Shown one piece after another: positions 13,901-25,585 of a DNA stretch of 64,000 nt. Made by a program: the position numbers and the translations under genes. The stretch is from Haliotis cracherodii (Eukaryota): contig NW_027266267.1 of NCBI RefSeq assembly GCF_022045235.1, positions 35,154,001-35,218,000 on the forward strand, given 5' to 3'. Position 1 is the first letter of the stretch; each line of letters opens with the position of its first letter. The notes below the pieces were generated by a model, which was not told the origin of the DNA, searched no databases, and worked only from the letters and a program-made list of their open reading frames with translations.

Positions 13901-15525
13901 CGATAGACGAGCCATATCATGTTCAATTAATGTTTAGTGTGTTTAGAAACGCACGTTCGAACATTTTACATACAAAGTTACTAAATGTGTGGATAGCTGA
14001 TTCATATATTAGGTCAAATAAATGCATTGAATTATTAAAACAGATAAAATGGCTTTCGCCGGCATTAGTGTAAATGACACAACTTGTATCCATACAATGT
14101 TTCTCTAAATATATAACATATCGTTAGTTTAACTGATACAAATCTACCATGAGTATTGCTGTCTGTGGGGATTGTTGTTGCTGAATCAGTCAGTGATGTA
14201 GTTGACTTATCAGTAGTCCCTGGAATGGCTGCATACATAAATAATATATATTATTTGTGACATTTATTAGCTTAATATTGATACACATTAACAAACGATT
14301 TTATATTGACCGCCTCCATGGTCAACTGGTTAGAGCGTTTGTCCAGAGATGGGAAGATCCGTGGGTTTGACACCAGGTCAGGTCATACGAAAAGTCGAAG
14401 TTTTCACCCTGTCCGGTATCAAGGGGAAAACACGTGGTGTTGTCTGTTGGGAGTAAGTCTACTGTGTCTGAATGAGGCATGCATGTTAAACTGCGCCACG
14501 GTATCTGAGTGGGCAGACTCTATGAAACGGGAATTGTATACGGAATAATACAAGCAACCACACACAAACACACACGCACTCAATCACTACACACATACAC
14601 ACACAAACACGTGCATGTACGTCGCTATATAAGGCGAGTAATCATGGACGCGACGTAACAAATTTCACCTCTCTTCCGATAGTGTTAACACCGGTTGTAT
14701 CTCTGGGTGACCGTTTTATAAAGTGCCTCATCTGTAGATGTCGTGTTCATAGTTCTTGAACATTTACGTATGGTTCTCAGGTATATATTTCATGAATCAG
14801 TTACATCTGCATTCGTTCTGGCACAATATGTCATAGCATGATGTATGGGATCAGAAAGGACACGTTGATGTAAATAAAGGAGTATGAGCGCATGACAAAA
14901 AGATCATACCCAACGTAATGTTGTTACTGACTCTATAGCGTTCATCCTCACACCGCCACACAGTCCCAGCTTTGATGTATTGAGTTGTAGTTAGTGTCAT
15001 GTTGTGCTGGTGGTCACCACAGCTTACACCGACATCATTTGATGTGAATAGGTCGTAACGATATGCAGAAGTATCGTCTGTACTATTGGGTGGGTTTCTG
15101 GTACAACCAGTAACTGCAAACACTGACGTGAGAACTCGCACCTCATCTAAATACCAATATGTGAAGGAACTGTTGGTGGTGGTGTTGATGGAGCTGCAGA
15201 CTAAGGTGACATTGTCGCCTGACTGGAACTGAGTGAGTTGTAGAGGGAGACCACCTGAAACATTCCAAGGTACAACCAGCATGAGAAGAAATCAGAACAC
15301 AAACATGCAGTGACATTCTCTGTCGTCCTCCATGTACTTACAATACCCAAATAGCTTTAACAAGCAAACATGAAACAGATTGGGTGCTACAGTCACTATT
15401 GAATTACACCTACGACATGTCATTGGCTCTACCCTTCGCGTGATTAGAAATTCAAACTTACTGTTATTTGTGTACGCAATCCATCCTATACACAGCAGAG
15501 TAATCAGGCGAATCCTGGTGCCCAT
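10985..15525 (-). CDS. Ig-like single-pass receptor, copy C, complete (~290 aa; tail type I)
   Basis: Leader 15525-15462, Ig 15254-14910, stalk1 14228-14148, stalk2 13807-13709, TM 12686-12588 (AAG acceptor), tail 11169-10985. Total 873 nt, all introns phase 1, no internal stop seen. Confidence 0.85.
11325..12045 (+). mobile_element. Penelope-like RT fragment, internally deleted
   Basis: Near-identical to 6290-7015. Confidence 0.6.
12160..12357 (-). other. Duplicate TM exon (TM2) of copy C, SINE-interrupted
   Basis: Paralog of 7134-7241 plus a 90-bp insertion; reads ..ICLGV*. Confidence 0.65.
12201..12277 (+). mobile_element. 5'-truncated SINE family 1 with TSD
   Basis: (CACT)n tail; TSD CTAAACACCTAAA at 12188-12200 and 12278-12290. 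Confidence 0.85.
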
Positions 15526-17267
15526 GTTTCTCCTAAATCAAACTTCCTCTCGTCAGCAATCTTTTAGGTTTGGTTGAAATAACCCGACAGAAGTTACTAC
15601 ACATGAAATACACACAGAGCAACGTGCAGCATTCTTCGTGAACAAACATTAGAGCTCCACTATGTGTGAAAGACATCCTTATGAAGGAGGAAATATTCCT
15701 ACAATCAGCATTCACTCACCTGCAGCTGTTTTTCCGGGTTTAGGTATTGATAAATACATACCTTTAGATATTTTACACAATGTACAACTTGCATTACTGC
15801 CAGTTTGTGGTTGCGCACAGTTGTCGGTACATAACAAAGGGATGATGTTTCATTGTCTATCCTGGCGTATTTGGATCATGTATTTCAGTTTGCAGAGGCT
15901 TTGCATAAGCGTTATTTATGTTCAAAGAAAATAGGGTTTTTTCTGAGCACCTGAAAGATAAACAATCATTTGGGATGTTCACATTGAAATAACCACGTTT
16001 GTGATAATCATATTCCTGACTAGCATGCAAGCATCCAAATTGTCTGCCACGGATTAAATATGCACGTGCAAACTGTGAATCACGACCTTAAAGTCAAGGA
16101 TGTCTCAATGCATATGCACTGTAAGATGTATTATTAAATTTAAGAAATTCAATACTTTTCTATTTATTAAAATTTATTAACCACAGTTATATATGCATAT
16201 TTCCTTATCTAGAATAGTCATACAATATCATTGTCCCCGTCGTAATTGCGCTGAGTCATTTCGCAAAACATTTCCAGGTCCGTGTACCTTGTGTTGTAAT
16301 CAAAAATGCATCTTACCAAAAAACTGTCCCATTGTCGATACTCGCTTACACATTCTGGAGTTACATAAACACAATATACGTCGTAGTATATATCATGTTG
16401 TGGTGAATGTAGTATTTAGTTGTATTATACTGCAATGCTTAATGGAACATGCACGAGATACGAATTTATTGAAAACAAAGCCAGTAATCTGTCAGCCTAT
16501 CAAGCCTTTATTTTTACAGGAAGAGGACAATAAACATTGAATAGAAACTCCAATAAATCCGAACCAGTACGTCACACAAGCATTTTCCAGAAAAGTGACC
16601 AGTATAATAGATAATGTGAATTCAGGACATTCAATCATTGACTCTTCAGTCATTCACGCTTTCCTGTTAGAGATTCAGTGAACATGATATTTACACAACA
16701 TACATATTACGTGGATTCCGTTTGCGTAACTAATGATTCCAAAGGGATAAGTTACAGATACATTTGAAGTGACACAAACACGAAATATACAATACAGATG
16801 CTAGTAATCCCCAGCTAAAATAATCACATATGCATCCTATATACAGGTCCTAATAACTGTTCAGATATTCAGATGAAAAAAGGTTATGACACAATTTAAA
16901 ACGTAAACACCATGGAACTAGTGTCGAATATCTGCCGAAAGGCAAAATAATGATGACAACCGCATGAGTGCATTACTGAAAATCAGTTGTGACACCAGGT
17001 GTTACGAAAAAGGGTAAGCTTGTCTTTCCTTTTACAGCGGTACCTCCTATGCACAATTTTCATAAAACATGGTGTTTGTTTTTGCAACACCCAGCAATAA
17101 TCCTGCTATACGACGATACATCGGTAGTGACAAAATGTTTTTAATTATACCAATGGCGTAATGTCATTATGATAATAGCTTAAGATATTGGCCGAAAAAG
17201 ACACAAACACTGGAGGATGTATATATATTTGCTGGTCTGACAACTTAAAACAGTGGTTTCCACACTA

Positions 17268-20200
17268 CTAAGTTATCATTTGTGGATTTTCGTAGTCAGC
17301 ATTCTCGGGCACAGTGTTGTAGTAAACATCGTTTGCATTTATGCTGGACTGTCTGGGGGCTTCCTTCTTGATCTCGGAGTAACAGTGATCTGTATTGCCA
17401 TTGTGAGCCAAAGTGTCGTATTGAGGTGCATCAATAACAGCCAGTGATACGTCTGTACAAACACAGATACAAATAAGGAGTGTTGTAGACACGAGTCATG
17501 TTTTACGTTACACACTGACACAAGATGCTTCACAACTGTTTATGATACAAAGCTCCTCAGCATTAATATTGTTTATTATTTGCATTGAGATGATCTGTCA
17601 GAACCAGCTGTCATCCAATGTTTGGATGCCCTAATTGAAAAGTTTGAGGTTGTTCCTACTGACAAGGCCTCAAATAACATAACCATTTTGTGTAAGCATC
17701 ACTACATGAAATGTTTGATCAAAGAATTTGGCATAAGTGACATGTCAAATAATGCCACATATGAGGTCAGTATGTTAACTGAGGATGAAATCTGCTGAAT
17801 CAATGAATCAGTAACATCAACTTTTGACTTGGCTGCACAACCTGAAGACATATCCGTTCCTCTTTTGTATTGGATTCCAAAGCTCCATAAAAATCAGTAC
17901 AGAGAGAGATATATTGCTGGGTTCAGCAAATATACCACAAAATCCCTGTCTCTACGATTAACCATAATCATTCATACAACCAAGAAAGAACTTTCTTATG
18001 TTCACAGAAAATATTTGAGACAAATGGAATTATTACAATGTGGATTCTCAGAAAAATTAATGATATGCTTGTCGTTTTTACCATCTCTGAAAGGAACCAA
18101 GTCCAATTCTGTCAAAACATTTGATTTTTCAACTTTGTACACCACAATACCATATGAGAAACTTGAGGGAAAACTTCATTGCCTTGATCCATGGGGCTTG
18201 TTTAAAAAAATGGTGACCAGATACAGCGTTACTTATCTATCATCAGAGGTTCAGGTCAGTTTGTCAAACATGGAAGCGAGACGTGAAGAATTCCGGGGTA
18301 GAATAGGTCTTCAGCAACCCATGCTTGCCGTAAAAGGTGACTATGCTTGTCGTAAAAGACGACTAACGGGATCGGGTGGTCAGGCTCGCCGACTTGGTTG
18401 ATGCATGTCATCGATCCCAATTGCGTGGATCGATGCTCATGATATAAATCACTGGATTGTCTGGTCCAGACTCGATTATTTTCAGACCGCCGTCATATAG
18501 CTGGAATTTTGCTGAGCACGACGTTAAACAACCAACCAACCAACCAACCAACCAAACATGGAAGCAAATGCCCAAAATAGGGATGACTTCAACTTTGCTG
18601 TGCTAAACGTTAACTTTGTGTGGAGCAGTGTTCCATCAGCAAGAGCCCTTGGTGTCTTCATTTCACAACTTTTGAGGTAAGTTGCTCTTTCTACCAAGAT
18701 CTCAAAGAGCGTCACACTGCTCTTGCTCCGAAGCTGATTGATCAGGGTCACATCATTTTAGGCACCAATAAAGCTTTCAAAAAGATTTGTGGTGGAGATG
18801 TGGAATCACTATATGTTGACAATATTATGACACATGTATTAAAATCCATTCTTTAAATCAGTAACGGCAAACGGTACAAGTACAACCTACAAATCAGATG
18901 ATATTAAATCAGTTTCTGATTATAAATAATTGAAAATATTGCTACCCTCCTTACAAGAGATGTAGATTACCTTCCTTGACTTTTCAATTTCGTCTGATCA
19001 CAACACCTACACAGATAACGATTACGATGAGGATCATGATGCCACCCCCTGTCCGAGCAGCGATGTACATGGTGTCATCTTGAACATAAAACGTATACTG
19101 GGCCACTGGGCGTCTGGCCCATGATCTTTGAAAACTATAATGTGAAAAGCTGATTATCTAGAAATATAGCCTGAATGCTTTATAAGCTGTCATGAATGAT
19201 CGGGTTTGATCTTCAAATCACTTAACATCAAATTCTAATCTGATACCAAATAATTCTAATTTGTTCTGACCGTCATCAAAGAGGTGTAGTTTACCTTGCG
19301 TGACGTTTCCCTTTCTTCTCGTCCTTACAACACATAAACAGATAACGATTATAATGAGGATGAAGATTCCTCCTCCTGTCCCAGCAGCGATATACGTGGT
19401 GTCATCTGGAAGAGAAAACAGATACTGGGCTAGTAAGTATACTGTCCGTGAGCTTGGCAGATGCATAAGTTTATATAAGTACATTTATGAGTTCGTATAT
19501 ATAAGCAATAAGTATATGTACTGAATAATCTAAGACAACATAAGTTTTACATGAAGAGAGTCCATGCTCTATACACGCAGATAAAGAAGGTGACCTCGGT
19601 CTTATGAGGAGCAATGATACGAAGTTACTAGTATTTACTTGATAATGTTTCACCATATAATTTAGTTTGATTGGGAAGTTTTCGAAGCACAGTAAAGATC
19701 TAGCCCCCAGGGGGGCGGTTGGGTAGCCTAGAGGTTAATGTGTTCGCTCGTCACGCCGAAGACCCGGGTTCGATTCCCGACATGGGTACAATGTGTGAAG
19801 CCCATTTCTGGTGTCCCCTACCGTGATATTGCTGGAATATTGCTAAAAGTGGCGTAAAACAATATACACTCACTCACTCTAGCTCTCAGGCACACAATAG
19901 TAAAATTGGAATAAGTGGAGTAAGATTAAACACAGTTGTAATTGGCTAGCGCTTTCAGCTCGTACAAAGATGAGTCTCATGAGGCCATAACTGAATACCG
20001 AACATAAAGTTGTGTAACGCGTAACCCAATAGATACGAGTAACCTTTAATGCAGAACCGTACAAAACTAGGTTTTAGGCATACTAAGCAGAGATGGAGTT
20101 TATATATGCCTACTACATTCTTAAGTTTCTGTATATCAGTAACCTTTAATTGCCATCATGGCCGACTCACACTTGAATTCAGCTGATCCAATTTTTCTTC

Positions 20201-22322
20201 GGTTACCCGATGACGTTAATAAGCGCGTTGTGAGTAATGGGTGTATGGTCCATGGCTTTTTTCCGTGCCACTTATCGTGACGTGACGACAATATTGCTTA
20301 CTCTGTTATTCATAATCGTTCATTCATTCACAATGACAAAGCTAAGTCAATATAAGAATTTCAATAAAATGCTGCACCGAAATAATGGGGTTGATCTGTC
20401 ACGATATCATGTGAAAACCGCAATGTCTAGAGAGCTATCACAGTACAATCTGTTCAAATGCACATTCAGTGCACATTGTTGGTATGTCTTGGACCCTGGG
20501 TCAGTATATGTTTTTGTTATATTTTCATGAATGTTTCTAATGTACACAACTACCTTGATTATCGTTGGGCTGGGCAGTAGTTATCTTGATAGTTATCAGA
20601 TTTGCCAACGTTGTCAGCTGTCTTATAAGTAGTCCCGTTAAAGCCTGACGACATAAAAAATATATACAAATAATTATGAAATTTGCTCGCTCACCACAGA
20701 GGACATAAAATAACACACTTCTGTAGTTTGAATATTCCGATAGACGAGCCACGTCATGTTCAATTAATGTTTAGTGTGTTTAGGAACGGACGTTCGAACA
20801 TTTTACACACAATGTTACTTACTAAAATGTGTGGATAGCTGATACATATATTAGGTCAATAACATACAGAAGATTATTAAAACAGATAAAATGGCTTTCG
20901 CCGGCATTAGTGTGATTTCACATAACTGGTATCAATACAACGTTTCTCTAAATGTATAACACATCGTTAGTTAAACTGATACAAATCTACCATGAGTACC
21001 GCTGTCTGTGGTGATCGTTGTTACTGAATCAGTCAGTGGTGAAGTTGACTTATCAGTAGTCCCTGGAATGACTGCATGGAAAAATAATACATATTATTTG
21101 TGACATTTACTCGCTCAATATCGATACACATGAATAAGCGATTTTATATTGACCACCCACCTCCATGGTCAACTGGTTAGAGCGTTTGTCCTGAGAGGGG
21201 AAGATCGGTGGGTTTGACACCAGGCCAGGACATACGAGAAGTCGTAGTTTTCACCCTGTCCGGTATCAAGGGAAAAACACGCGGTGTTGTCTGTTCGGAG
21301 TTGGTCTACTGTTTGTGAATGGGGCATGCATGTTAAACTGCACCAAGGTATCTGAGTGGGCAAACACTATGAAACGGGAATTGTATACGGAGTTATACAA
21401 GCAACCAGACAGAAACACACACGCACTCACTCACTACACACATACACACACAAACACGTGCATGTACGTCGCTATCTAAGTCGAGTAATCATGGACGCGA
21501 CGTAACAAATTTCACCTTACTTACGATAGTGTTAACACCGGATGTATCTCTGGGTGACCGTTTTATAAAGTGCCTCCTCTGTAGATGTCGTGTTCATAGT
21601 TCTTGAACATTTACATATGGTTCCCAGGTATATATTTCATGAATCAGCTACATCTGCATCCGTTCTGGCACAATGTGTCATAGTATGATGTATGGGATCA
21701 GAAAGGACACGTTGATGTAAACAAAGGAGTATGAGCGCATGACAAAAAGATCATACCTAGCATAAGGTTGTTACTGACTCTAATGCGTTGATCCTCACAC
21801 CGCCACACAGTGCCAGCTTGGGTGTATTGAGTTGTAGTTAGTGTCATGTTGTGCTGGTGGTCACCACAGCTTACACTGACATCATTTGATGTGAATAGGT
21901 CGTAACGATATGCAAGATTATTGGTTGTAGTATTGGGTGGGTTTCTGGTACAACCATAACCTGCAAACACTGACGTGAGAACTCGCTCCTCATCTAAATA
22001 CCAATGTGTGAAGGAGATGTTGGTAGTGGTGTTGATGGAACTGCAGACTAAGGTGATATCACCTCCTGACTGGAACTGAGTGAGTTGTAGAAGGAGACCA
22101 CCTGTAATATTCCAAAATACAACCACCATGAGAAGTAATCAGAACATAAGCATGCAGTGGCATTCTTTGTCGGACATAAAGTGCTAAAATCACTATTTAA
22201 TTACACCTATGACATCCCGATGGTTCAGCCCTTCGCATGATTAGAAATTCAAACCTACTGTTATGTGTGTATGCAAACCATCCTATACACAGCAGTGTAA
22301 TCAGGCGAATCCCAATGTCCAT
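17268..22322 (-). CDS. Ig-like receptor copy D (tail type I; stalk2 exon frameshifted, gene in frame if that exon is skipped)
   Basis: Leader 22322-22259 (MDIGIRLITLLCIGWFAYTHN), Ig 22101-21757, stalk1 21071-20991, stalk2 20644-20554 (91 nt versus 99), TM 19405-19295, tail 17452-17268. Confidence 0.72.
17600..18855 (+). mobile_element. Penelope-like RT fragment with nested SINE
   Basis: VVPTDKASNN, LYWIPKLHK, RYIAG, FDFSTLYTTIP, RDDFNF and GVFISQLLR motifs with stops. Confidence 0.7.
18278..18552 (+). mobile_element. SINE family 2 with (ACCA)n tail and TSD
   Basis: TSD CAAACATGGAAGC at 18265-18277 and 18553-18565; empty sites in the B and C paralogs. Related copies at ~34504-34705, ~39378-39561, ~49892-50094 and ~55577-55760 on the minus strand. 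Confidence 0.85.
18971..19078 (-). other. Duplicate TM exon (TM2) of copy D with early stop
   Basis: DDTMYIAARTGGGIMILIVIVICVGVVIRRN*. Confidence 0.7.
19710..19878 (+). mobile_element. SINE family 1 (tRNA-derived, (CACT)n tail)
   Basis: A and B boxes plus tail; same insertion at 35676-35840 and 52066-52234; absent in copies B and C. Confidence 0.85.
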
Positions 22323-22836
22323 GTTTCTCCTAAATCAAACGTCCTCTCGTCAACATTCTTTAAGGTTTGGTTGAAATAACCCGACAGAAGTTACTACACA
22401 TGAAATGCACACAGAGCAACGTGCAGCATTCTTCGTGAACAAACATCAGAGCTCCACTATATGTGCAATACATCCTTATGAAGGAGGAACTATTCCTACA
22501 ATCAGCATTCACTCGAACACAGCCTTTTTTTTCCTGGTTTAGGTATTCACGACTACATACCTACATGCTAGCCCACCTTAGGGAATATAGAATAACACGC
22601 TACTATTGTTTGAATACAAAGCTAGATGACTAAGGATCAGTTATGTTTAGTGTGATTGTGAAAGGACGTTCGAACATTTTACATATAACGTCACTAACTC
22701 AAATGTGTGGATAGCTGGATATAATATACAGAGGATTGTTAAAACTATCAGATGTTGTATCTAACCTACGATTGTAAAGATGGCTTGCGCCGGAATTAGT
22801 TCATGTTAAACTGTGGCCTACTATTTGAATGGGCAA

Positions 22837-22969
22837 NNNNNNNNNNNNNNNNNNNNNNNNNNNNNNNNNNNNNNNNNNNNNNNNNNNNNNNNNNNNNNNN
22901 NNNNNNNNNNNNNNNNNNNNNNNNNNNNNNNNNNNNNNNNNNNNNNNNNNNNNNNNNNNNNNNNNNNNN
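22837..22969. other. Assembly gap
   Basis: N run. Confidence 0.99.
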
Positions 22970-23278
22970 GTTCTTGAATATTATTATTGTTTTTGTTCTT
23001 TCCCTGTATTCAAAAGACTCAGTGTTAATTTTGCAGTGGCACATGCACAACCTTACTCAGAACATGATTTGTGAGATCAAAAGGACACGTTGATATTAAT
23101 GAAAGGAATATGGGCGCATGACAAAAAGATCAAAACCTGAAGTAAGGTTGTTACTGACTCTCCTGCGTTCATTCCCACACCGCCACACAGTCCCAACATG
23201 TGAGTACTGAGTTGTAGCTTGTGTAATGTTGTGTTGGAGGTCACCACAGCTTACACAGACATCCGTTGATGTGTATAG

Positions 23279-23444
23279 TGAGTGAGTGAGTATGGTTTTG
23301 CGCCGTGTTAGAGCAATATTCCAGCAATATCACGGCGGGAGACACCAGAAATGGGCTTCACATATTGTACCCATGTTGGGAATCGAACCCGGGTCTTCGG
23401 CGTGAGGAGCGAACGCTTTAACCACTAGGCTACCCGACCGCCCT
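23279..23444 (-). mobile_element. SINE family 1 inside Ig exon
   Basis: 14-bp TSD GTTGATGTGTATAG. Confidence 0.9.
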
Positions 23445-23568
23445 GTTGATGTGTATAGGTCGTAACTATATGCATAACTATCGTTTGTGCTGTTGGGTGG
23501 GTTCTTTGCACAGATATTCCCTGCAGACACTGACGTGAGAAGTCGGAAGTCATCCAGGTACCAATGTG

Positions 23569-23694
23569 AGTGAGTGAGTATGGTTTTACGCCGCTTTTAG
23601 CAATATTCCAGCAATATCACGGCGGGGGACACCAGAAAATGGGCTTCAACGTGACGAGCGAACGCTTTAACCACTAGGCTACCCGACCGCCCCT
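23569..23694 (-). mobile_element. SINE family 1, internally deleted, inside Ig exon
   Basis: 11-bp TSD GTACCAATGTG. Confidence 0.88.
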
Positions 23695-25551
23695 GTACCA
23701 ATGTGTAAACTTTATGTTAATAGTGGTTTTAGTAGGGCTGCAGACTAAGATGACATCATCGCCTGACTGGAACTGAGTGAGTTCAAGAGGGAGACCACCT
23801 GCAACATTCTAGGTACAACCAGCACATGCATGAAGTTACTTTGTATTGAGAGGTAGCCTCAGCCTACACTGTCATCCTTTGATGTGTATCAGCTGTAATG
23901 TTGGGTGATTGTTTGGTACAGACAGTACCTGCACACACTGACGTGATAACTAGCTCCTCATCTTTATCAATATGTAAATTACATGTCGATAGTGTTATTG
24001 GTCGCGCTGCAGACTAAGGTGACATTATTGCTTGACTGGAACTAAGTGCGTTCTAGAGGGAGAACACCTGTAACATTCAAGCATGAGAATATATCGGACA
24101 AACAGGTAGTGATTTTCATACTTTGTCACTCTTCAACACCTGTCATATTGGAATTCCGGAGACGTGCACAAAACAAAAGTGGTACAATACAATTACACGG
24201 CATACACCATATCTGTATGTATATAGATAATTCAATACTTAGTATACTGACATAGGGAAACCTACGTGTGTCCACAATCCGTCCTATCAACAACAGAGTA
24301 GTCAGGTAAACAAAACAGCCCATGCTGCCAACACATCGAATCCACTCTCGTGAACGTCCCTTGAAGGTTGCAAATATACTGTTAAACTAGTCACTGCACA
24401 CCATGTCCTACACTGAGCCGCATGCAGAGAGGTCTGTGCAGTCACCAACCACTCTCATGGAACTGTTATTTCCTGGTTTAGATAGAGTCGGAATCAAGAT
24501 TTCTTTATGAATATGAAAAGGTTTTCGCTGCTTTTATTTAGATAATGATGAATTCCTACCCGTTAGTGTGGAAAAATGGAACGAGTCGCTATTGAATTCA
24601 ACTGACCTGAGACAGTACATTTACCATTTAAAATACATTTGGTTTGCCAAAAAATAATGACTTGAAATATACTTTCTCAGAAAAAAACTATGTTCAGATA
24701 GTCGCGCGTTTGAGTCTTTTTGGTGGTATTGTTACTTGTTAATTTAAGTTTGACTGTCGTATCGTGACACAGTGGCAGCTTTCACAAAGCAGCCTCGGGT
24801 AACCTGCCGATGTATGATATGTGTGCGAGGTAGGCTACAAAAGGTTCGTTATCACAACCTATTAAAACTGCCCTAGCCAAATACAACTTAGCAGATTCTT
24901 ACAAAAGTTTGCACATTGTCTTTTCGATTCATACCTCAATGAACCGAAAAAATACACAGTCAATGCTTGTAATTAAATTCAATAACAAAAACATGTTTTA
25001 TCTACAATAGTTTAACCAAAAACAGTTGTATATATCAAAGCGGATAAAAATGACGAGATTGATAAACATTCCGGGTGTAGGAATACATACTGTGGCGTGA
25101 CATGAAGCTGGTGACTGTTTAATTACGCACATAACTTTCCTACGCTTCAGAGTCAGTAGCCAATCAACTGAGAGTATGATACAAACAAAGTTCATAGGAC
25201 CTGTCAATCAAGGCAAGAGGCGAGGAGAACTGCAACAGTCAGACTGTAACGAACAGGAACAATTATACTCGGGAGAAGGTGGCTGTTTCAAATAACATGG
25301 TCAGTTACCGCCACTTTTAAACATTAGTTCCCTGAGAAGGGAAGACACTTTTAATAAAAATGCTGATTAGAAATGAAACCAGAAGACATGAAAGTTGTGG
25401 AACCGAGGCGAGCGGCAAAAAACAGGCGAGTGAGCCTGCACGTTTGCTGTTTCATTCCTTCTCGGCCTTCGGTCCCAAAGAGTTGTTTGGACAGTGACTA
25501 TGCATGCATTTCGCTTAATTTCCAGTGCATGACGATACACGTGAGCAGAAA

Positions 25552-25585
25552 GGGAATTCCCCCGACTGTAATAGTGGGATTCCCC
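25552..25585. promoter_or_regulatory. Paired NF-kB/Rel consensus sites
   Basis: GGGAATTCCC (25552) and GGGATTCCCC (25576) both fit GGGRNWYYCC. Confidence 0.5.

Larger units (their letters stand above)
4100..22560. repeat. Tandem segmental duplications, ~5-6.8 kb units (copies B, C, D)
   Basis: Tail stops at 5952, 10985 and 17268; TM exon ends at 7472, 12588 and 19295. Confidence 0.9.
23137..24323 (-). pseudogene. E-type Ig paralog 1: divergent leader, degenerate Ig exon and a second Ig exon interrupted by two SINEs
   Basis: Leader 24323-24266 (MGCFVYLTTLLLIGRIVDT, GTAGGT donor); stop-containing Ig copy ~24067-23830; Ig exon 23798-23137 is open once both SINEs are removed. Confidence 0.75.

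Noticed and set aside
17829-18401. 190-aa ORF as a functional gene
   Set aside because: Degenerate Penelope-like RT fragment running into an inserted SINE.
19710-19790. tRNA-Asp-like gene
   Set aside because: Head of a multi-copy SINE with unrelated body, simple-repeat tail and TSDs.
21740-21815. V(D)J RSS-like CACAGTG and ACAAAAAGA near the Ig exon 3' end
   Set aside because: The heptamer comes from GTVW codons and is absent in some copies; the nonamer-like element is on the wrong side with wrong spacing; no J segments seen.
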